Source: an uncultured Candidatus Saccharibacteria bacterium (GTDB lineage Bacteria; Patescibacteriota; Dojkabacteria; J137). From it: a stretch of 61,094 nucleotides of DNA. The notes below the pieces were generated by a model, which saw nothing but the letters and a program-made list of their open reading frames with translations, ran no database searches and was not told the DNA's origin. Position numbers and translations under genes: made by a program. This document shows positions 57,392 through 61,094 of the stretch, piece by piece. Every line of letters begins with the position of its first letter. The first letter of the stretch is position 1. The stretch is from contig CAZLOI010000002.1 of assembly GCA_964561155.1 (NCBI GenBank), positions 155,629 through 216,722 of the forward strand, given 5' to 3'.

Positions 57392-57592
57392 AGAAAATTA
57401 AAGCCACGATATTTTCTATTATATATAAAATCAGTTGTGATAGGTGTATTTATACCCTAAAAAATGATAACCACAGTAACAAAAACTAGATTTATTCAAG
57501 ACTATCGGGAGCAGTATTTTTCTTCCCTTCATTTGTATATAATTTAATAAACAAATTGCACATATTATATTTTATCTATTCTTAAATAAACT

Positions 57593-58453
57593 ATGGAAAC
57601 CCAAGTATCAAATACTGAAGTACAAGAAGTTAAGCCTACAAATAGCAGGAGCAAAGCATTCTATGCAGCAATAGCTGCCTTTATCGTTCTAATAGCGGTA
57701 CTCCTGTTCTTTATCGTATCCCAGCTAAATAATCAGAATGCAAATACGAATACAAATACAGGAAACGAAACTCAGAATAATGGTAATCAAACAGAGGAAG
57801 AGAGTGAAGCAAACTCCGATGTTAATCCAGATATACTTTTAATTAAACATATCGGAATAGATCTAGGGGAATTTGATCCCGTTACAAACAAGGCAGGGGA
57901 CATCGCATTCACACAAGAGAAGCTAGGGGAATATGATATGCCATACTTTGACTATGGATTCCAGGTAGCAGCAAATAGTGCAGCTCCAGCAAGAAGAAAT
58001 CCTCAACCAACATTCATAGTTCCATTAGGAACAAAAGTTAGATCGTTGGTAGATGGAGTAGTAATTGGAGTACCAAAACTATATAGCAATGACTACAGTA
58101 TTCATGTAGCTGCAAATATGGAAAGCCAGTACATATACGAAACTGAGCACGTAATTAATCCTCTTGTAGAAGTTGGAGATGAAGTTAAAGCAGGAGACAT
58201 TATAGCTGAAGTAAGTGACTATGATGCTCACAACTACGCAGGTTACGGATTATATGAAATAGGAATCTTGGTAGGAGGAAATCCTCCATCACATATTTGT
58301 CCTTTCCAATACTTGGATGAAAGTATCAAAGAAACTACATACTCACAGCTAAGATCTTTGTATAGTTCTTGGAATGAATTTAGAGGAGAGAGTGTATATG
58401 ATGAAACCTTAGAAGTACCGGGATGCATTGTTACAGAAGCAGTTGAAGGTTAA
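57593..58453 (+). CDS. Membrane-anchored M23/LytM-fold protein, Zn ligands apparently absent
   Basis: TM helix, N/T/E linker, PLGTKVRSLVDGVV, EHV..LVEVGDEVKAGDIIA. Confidence 0.6.
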   Translation: METQVSNTEVQEVKPTNSRSKAFYAAIAAFIVLIAVLLFFIVSQLNNQNANTNTNTGNETQNNGNQTEEESEANSDVNPDILLIKHIGIDLGEFDPVTNKAGDIAFTQEKLGEYDMPYFDYGFQVAANSAAPARRNPQPTFIVPLGTKVRSLVDGVVIGVPKLYSNDYSIHVAANMESQYIYETEHVINPLVEVGDEVKAGDIIAEVSDYDAHNYAGYGLYEIGILVGGNPPSHICPFQYLDESIKETTYSQLRSLYSSWNEFRGESVYDETLEVPGCIVTEAVEG

Positions 58454-58552
58454 TAAGCAACTAGATACAGATACTTGTAAAGATATAAAGAATACAATAA
58501 ACTTACTATAGGTTCGCTCTTATCGCTTTATTTTATTTCTTATATTATATGT

Positions 58553-58774
58553 ATGGGATCTAAATTAAATCTAAGCGCTGTTGATTGGCTGTTTATGGTA
58601 TTGCTCATTGTAGGAGGAATAAATTGGGGATTGGTAGGATTGTTCCAGTATGACTTAGTTGCAACACTATTCGGTGCAGCAAGTACACTAGCTAATGTAG
58701 TATACATACTAGTTGGAGTATCAGCTCTATATTTCCTAGGAAGATCGTTAATGAGTCTAGGTAGAGCAATGTAA
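58553..58774 (+). CDS. DUF378 family membrane protein
   Basis: LLIVGGINWGLVGLFQYDLVATLFG...VYILVGVSALY. Confidence 0.9.
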   Translation: MGSKLNLSAVDWLFMVLLIVGGINWGLVGLFQYDLVATLFGAASTLANVVYILVGVSALYFLGRSLMSLGRAM

Positions 58775-58800
58775 TTAAAGGAACTTAATAGAAGGAATTC

Positions 58801-58824
58801 AAGACCCAGGAAACTGGGTCTTTC
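58801..58824 (+). terminator. Intrinsic terminator
   Basis: AAGACCCAG-GAAA-CTGGGTCTT-TC. Confidence 0.7.
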
Positions 58825-58927
58825 TACAGAGTAGATGTGTGACAATATCTCCAAAAACTATTACTCGTAATATCAATCCAATAACAACTCAAACATGTAT
58901 AATATCTAATATATTTAAGCAGCCTTT

Positions 58928-59299
58928 ATGAAAGACGAAATAGAAAGTCAGGAGAAAGAAATTACTGAGATAATATCTAAGCTTCAGCCAGAACAGAAGA
59001 AACTGCTGGAACGGTTGAGACAAATAATAAAGACACAAGCTCCAGAAGCTATAGAAGTAATAACATACGGAACACCTGGATTTAAATACAAAGGAAAGTC
59101 ATTTGTATCATACGGTGCTGCAAAGCAACATTGCGCATTCTACGTTCAAAGTCCAAAAGTAATGGAAGGATTTGAAAAAGAACTATCTTCTATGGATACA
59201 TCTAAAGGAACTATTAGATTCACTCCATCTGAACCACTTCCAGAAGGACTGATACAAAGAATAATAAGAGCTAGAATGAAAGAAGTAGAAAATGTGTAA
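58928..59299 (+). CDS. DUF1801/YdhG-like protein
   Basis: APEAIEVITYGTPGFK, SKGTIRF..PLPEGLI. Confidence 0.85.
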   Translation: MKDEIESQEKEITEIISKLQPEQKKLLERLRQIIKTQAPEAIEVITYGTPGFKYKGKSFVSYGAAKQHCAFYVQSPKVMEGFEKELSSMDTSKGTIRFTPSEPLPEGLIQRIIRARMKEVENV

Positions 59300-59352
59300 G
59301 GTATATAACAATTACACTTGTCTAGAAAGGATAAGTCATATATTCTAATAAT

Positions 59353-59562
59353 ATGAGTGAAAGCAAAGAAACAAGTCTCCCTAAAACTAGTGTCCCTGCA
59401 ACTACTGCACTTGCACATATAGGTATTACAAACCTTACGCAGCTATCCAAACATACAAAGAAAGAAATAGCATCATTACATGGAGTTGGTCCAAAAGCTT
59501 TACGAATATGGGAAGAGGAAATGAAGAAACTTGGTCTTAACTTTAAATCTAGCAATACTTAA
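59353..59562 (+). CDS. Small helix-hairpin-helix protein
   Basis: ALAHIGITNLTQL...LHGVGPKAL. Confidence 0.75.
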   Translation: MSESKETSLPKTSVPATTALAHIGITNLTQLSKHTKKEIASLHGVGPKALRIWEEEMKKLGLNFKSSNT

Positions 59563-59575
59563 TTCTAAATGTAAT

Positions 59576-59944
59576 ATGAGCAAAAACAAAACAGCAGAAG
59601 TAGATGCATTCATGAAAGATCTAAAGCATCCATTAAAGACAGAAGTAGAGGAGATACGATCTACTATCAAAGCTATAAATCCAGAAATAACAGAGGAAAT
59701 ACTAAGAGAAGCACCGTCCTTTAGCTACAAAGATCTAATGCTAACGTTTAACTTGAAAAGAGAAGACACCATACATCTAATATTTCTTAATCCACGCATT
59801 GTTAATATAGATAACGATCTATTGGAAGGTGACTACCAAGATAGAAGAATGATGTATATAAACGACAAGGCTGATTTAAAGGTTAAGAAACCGGAGTTAG
59901 AAAGAATCGTTCGAGAGTTAATTGAATTAATAGATAGCAAGTAA
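59576..59944 (+). CDS. DUF1801/YdhG-like protein
   Basis: EVDAFMKDLKHPLK...APSFSY...LLEGDYQDRR; start placed at ATG 59576. Confidence 0.8.
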   Translation: MSKNKTAEVDAFMKDLKHPLKTEVEEIRSTIKAINPEITEEILREAPSFSYKDLMLTFNLKREDTIHLIFLNPRIVNIDNDLLEGDYQDRRMMYINDKADLKVKKPELERIVRELIELIDSK

Positions 59945-59965
59945 CGTTTCTTTTTAAACTTTAAT

Positions 59966-60223
59966 ATGGAATGGGAAATAAATGATAATGGAAAACTAGA
60001 AAGAAAGTTTCAATTTGAAAACTTCTCAGATGCAATGGTATTTGTGAATAAGGTTGCAGAGATAGCAGAAGAAAGAAATCATCATCCAGATATTCTTATA
60101 CATGATTACAAGAATGTATCAGTTACTTTGTTTACACACGACAAGAATGAAATATCAGATAAAGATCGGAAGCTTGCAGAACTGATTAATGATTTGGATA
60201 AGCAGTATGTTTTAAATCAATGA
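59966..60223 (+). CDS. Pterin-4-alpha-carbinolamine dehydratase
   Basis: FENFSDAMVFVNKVAEIAEERNHHPDI..THD..ISDKD. Confidence 0.9.
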   Translation: MEWEINDNGKLERKFQFENFSDAMVFVNKVAEIAEERNHHPDILIHDYKNVSVTLFTHDKNEISDKDRKLAELINDLDKQYVLNQ

Positions 60224-60543
60224 AAAAATTCCTCTTCATTTGTGGTAAAAATAAACACAGAAGTCCAACTGCTGAGAATATATTCTCTGAATACCAGAAC
60301 CTAGAAGTACGTTCTGCAGGTATAGATAACGATGCGGAATATGTAGTAAGTACTGAAGATATTGAATGGGCTACACATATCTTTGTAATGGAAGAAAAAC
60401 ATAAAGAGAAGTTAGCAAATAAATATAAAGATATAATTAAAGACCTGAAGGTAGTTTCCTTAAATATTGCAGATAAGTATAAATATATGGATGAAGAACT
60501 GGTGTTAGAATTAAAGAACAAAGTAGAAAAATTCTTACACTAA
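60220..60543 (+). CDS. Low-molecular-weight protein tyrosine phosphatase-like protein
   Basis: CGKNKHRSPTAE (CX5R), VRSAG, WATHIFVME. Confidence 0.88.
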   Translation: MKKFLFICGKNKHRSPTAENIFSEYQNLEVRSAGIDNDAEYVVSTEDIEWATHIFVMEEKHKEKLANKYKDIIKDLKVVSLNIADKYKYMDEELVLELKNKVEKFLH

Positions 60544-60547
60544 ACAT

Positions 60548-61094
60548 ATGCCAGATAAACTGCAAGTATTGATAGATCCAGAAGAAAGAATTAAATTCAT
60601 GGAGAATTATTTAAACACTTTAGGACTTTTTGGTATTCAGGAAGATATAAATGCTGCGTATTGTGCATTGCCATTAACATCCGCTCCAGTTAATGCACAG
60701 CAAATGATTAAGAATTATCAAACAGCTATATGCGATATGCTTTCATCCTGCGGTATAACTCCGTACGATCCTGGAACCGCACCTTTTTCACCTGACCTAA
60801 ACCTTACAACTAGACCAGATCAAATCTATGCTACTGATTTAGGAAGAATTGCTAGTTCTAAATATTTCATCACAGTTGCAAGCATACCTTCAACTGGTGT
60901 AGGAATTGAATGGCAGAATGCAATTAACTTAATCAAGGTTCCTATTGTATTAACTAGCGAACATGTTCGTATATCACGAATGCAACCTCCAAGAACTATC
61001 AAACTTGCTCTAAAGAACCTACCTTCGGATATACCTGGATTAAGTAGAGTATTAGAGTTTCTAAAACCTTTTAATATAGGAATGGGTTTCGAAG
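60548..61094 (+). CDS. Nucleoside 2-deoxyribosyltransferase/DNPH1-like protein (partial, runs off the window)
   Basis: Manual translation: AAYCALPLT...YDPG...IYATDL...PSTGVGIE; no stop before the window end. Confidence 0.6.
   Translation, partial: MPDKLQVLIDPEERIKFMENYLNTLGLFGIQEDINAAYCALPLTSAPVNAQQMIKNYQTAICDMLSSCGITPYDPGTAPFSPDLNLTTRPDQIYATDLGRIASSKYFITVASIPSTGVGIEWQNAINLIKVPIVLTSEHVRISRMQPPRTIKLALKNLPSDIPGLSRVLEFLKPFNIGMGFE

Noticed and set aside
1060-60521. Many short ORFs in the track that overlap confident genes on the opposite strand or in another frame (e.g. 17318-17815, 25615-26085, 54706-55206, 58540-58854)
   Set aside because: These are shadow ORFs with no motifs, fully explained by the antisense of real genes.
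1-61094. Alternative genetic code (TGA=Gly or TAA recoding) suggested by the mfd and 39226 stops
   Set aside because: Long conserved genes have no internal TGA or TAA, and TAA, TAG and TGA all end genes at expected positions.
1-61094. CRISPR arrays, rRNA, IS transposases, prophage structural genes, group I/II introns
   Set aside because: No regularly spaced repeats, rRNA-like tracts, DDE/HUH transposase motifs, capsid/terminase motifs or intron domain V were seen.

Overview
A 61 kb chromosomal segment from an AT-rich bacterium using the standard genetic code. It is most likely a Patescibacteria/CPR member; this is inferred from the sparse metabolism, many orphan ORFs, scarce Shine-Dalgarno sites and an archaeal-type TyrRS with a C1:G72 tRNA-Tyr. 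Housekeeping genes include metG, gatC, rnpA, mfd, typA, cysS, a UvrD-nuclease fusion, fusA, a Xer-like recombinase, degP, folD, gpmI, ligD-ku, tyrS and thyA, plus four tRNAs (Thr-CGT, Lys-TTT, Ser-GCT, Tyr-GTA). Main highlights: (1) An AT-rich island between convergent tRNA-Ser and tRNA-Tyr carries a tight six-gene operon: a divergent archaeal/eukaryal-type TrpRS-like protein, a TrpD-like phosphoribosyltransferase with altered motifs, a Zn-dehydrogenase, a SAM methyltransferase, a HAD phosphatase and a ComF-like PRTase. It looks like an undescribed pathway for a ribosylated or nucleoside-like metabolite. (2) A leaderless 15-codon uORF ending in four Cys codons lies upstream of the PIG-L-cysS operon and is a candidate cysteine-sensing attenuator. 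(3) tRNA-Tyr with archaeal identity sits next to archaeal-type tyrS. (4) An in-frame TAA cuts off the essential TRG motif of Mfd. (5) Two matching OmpR-type boxes define a mini-regulon. (6) There are several apparent pseudo-enzymes and deletion scars. All product calls come from motif recognition by eye; no database searches were run.
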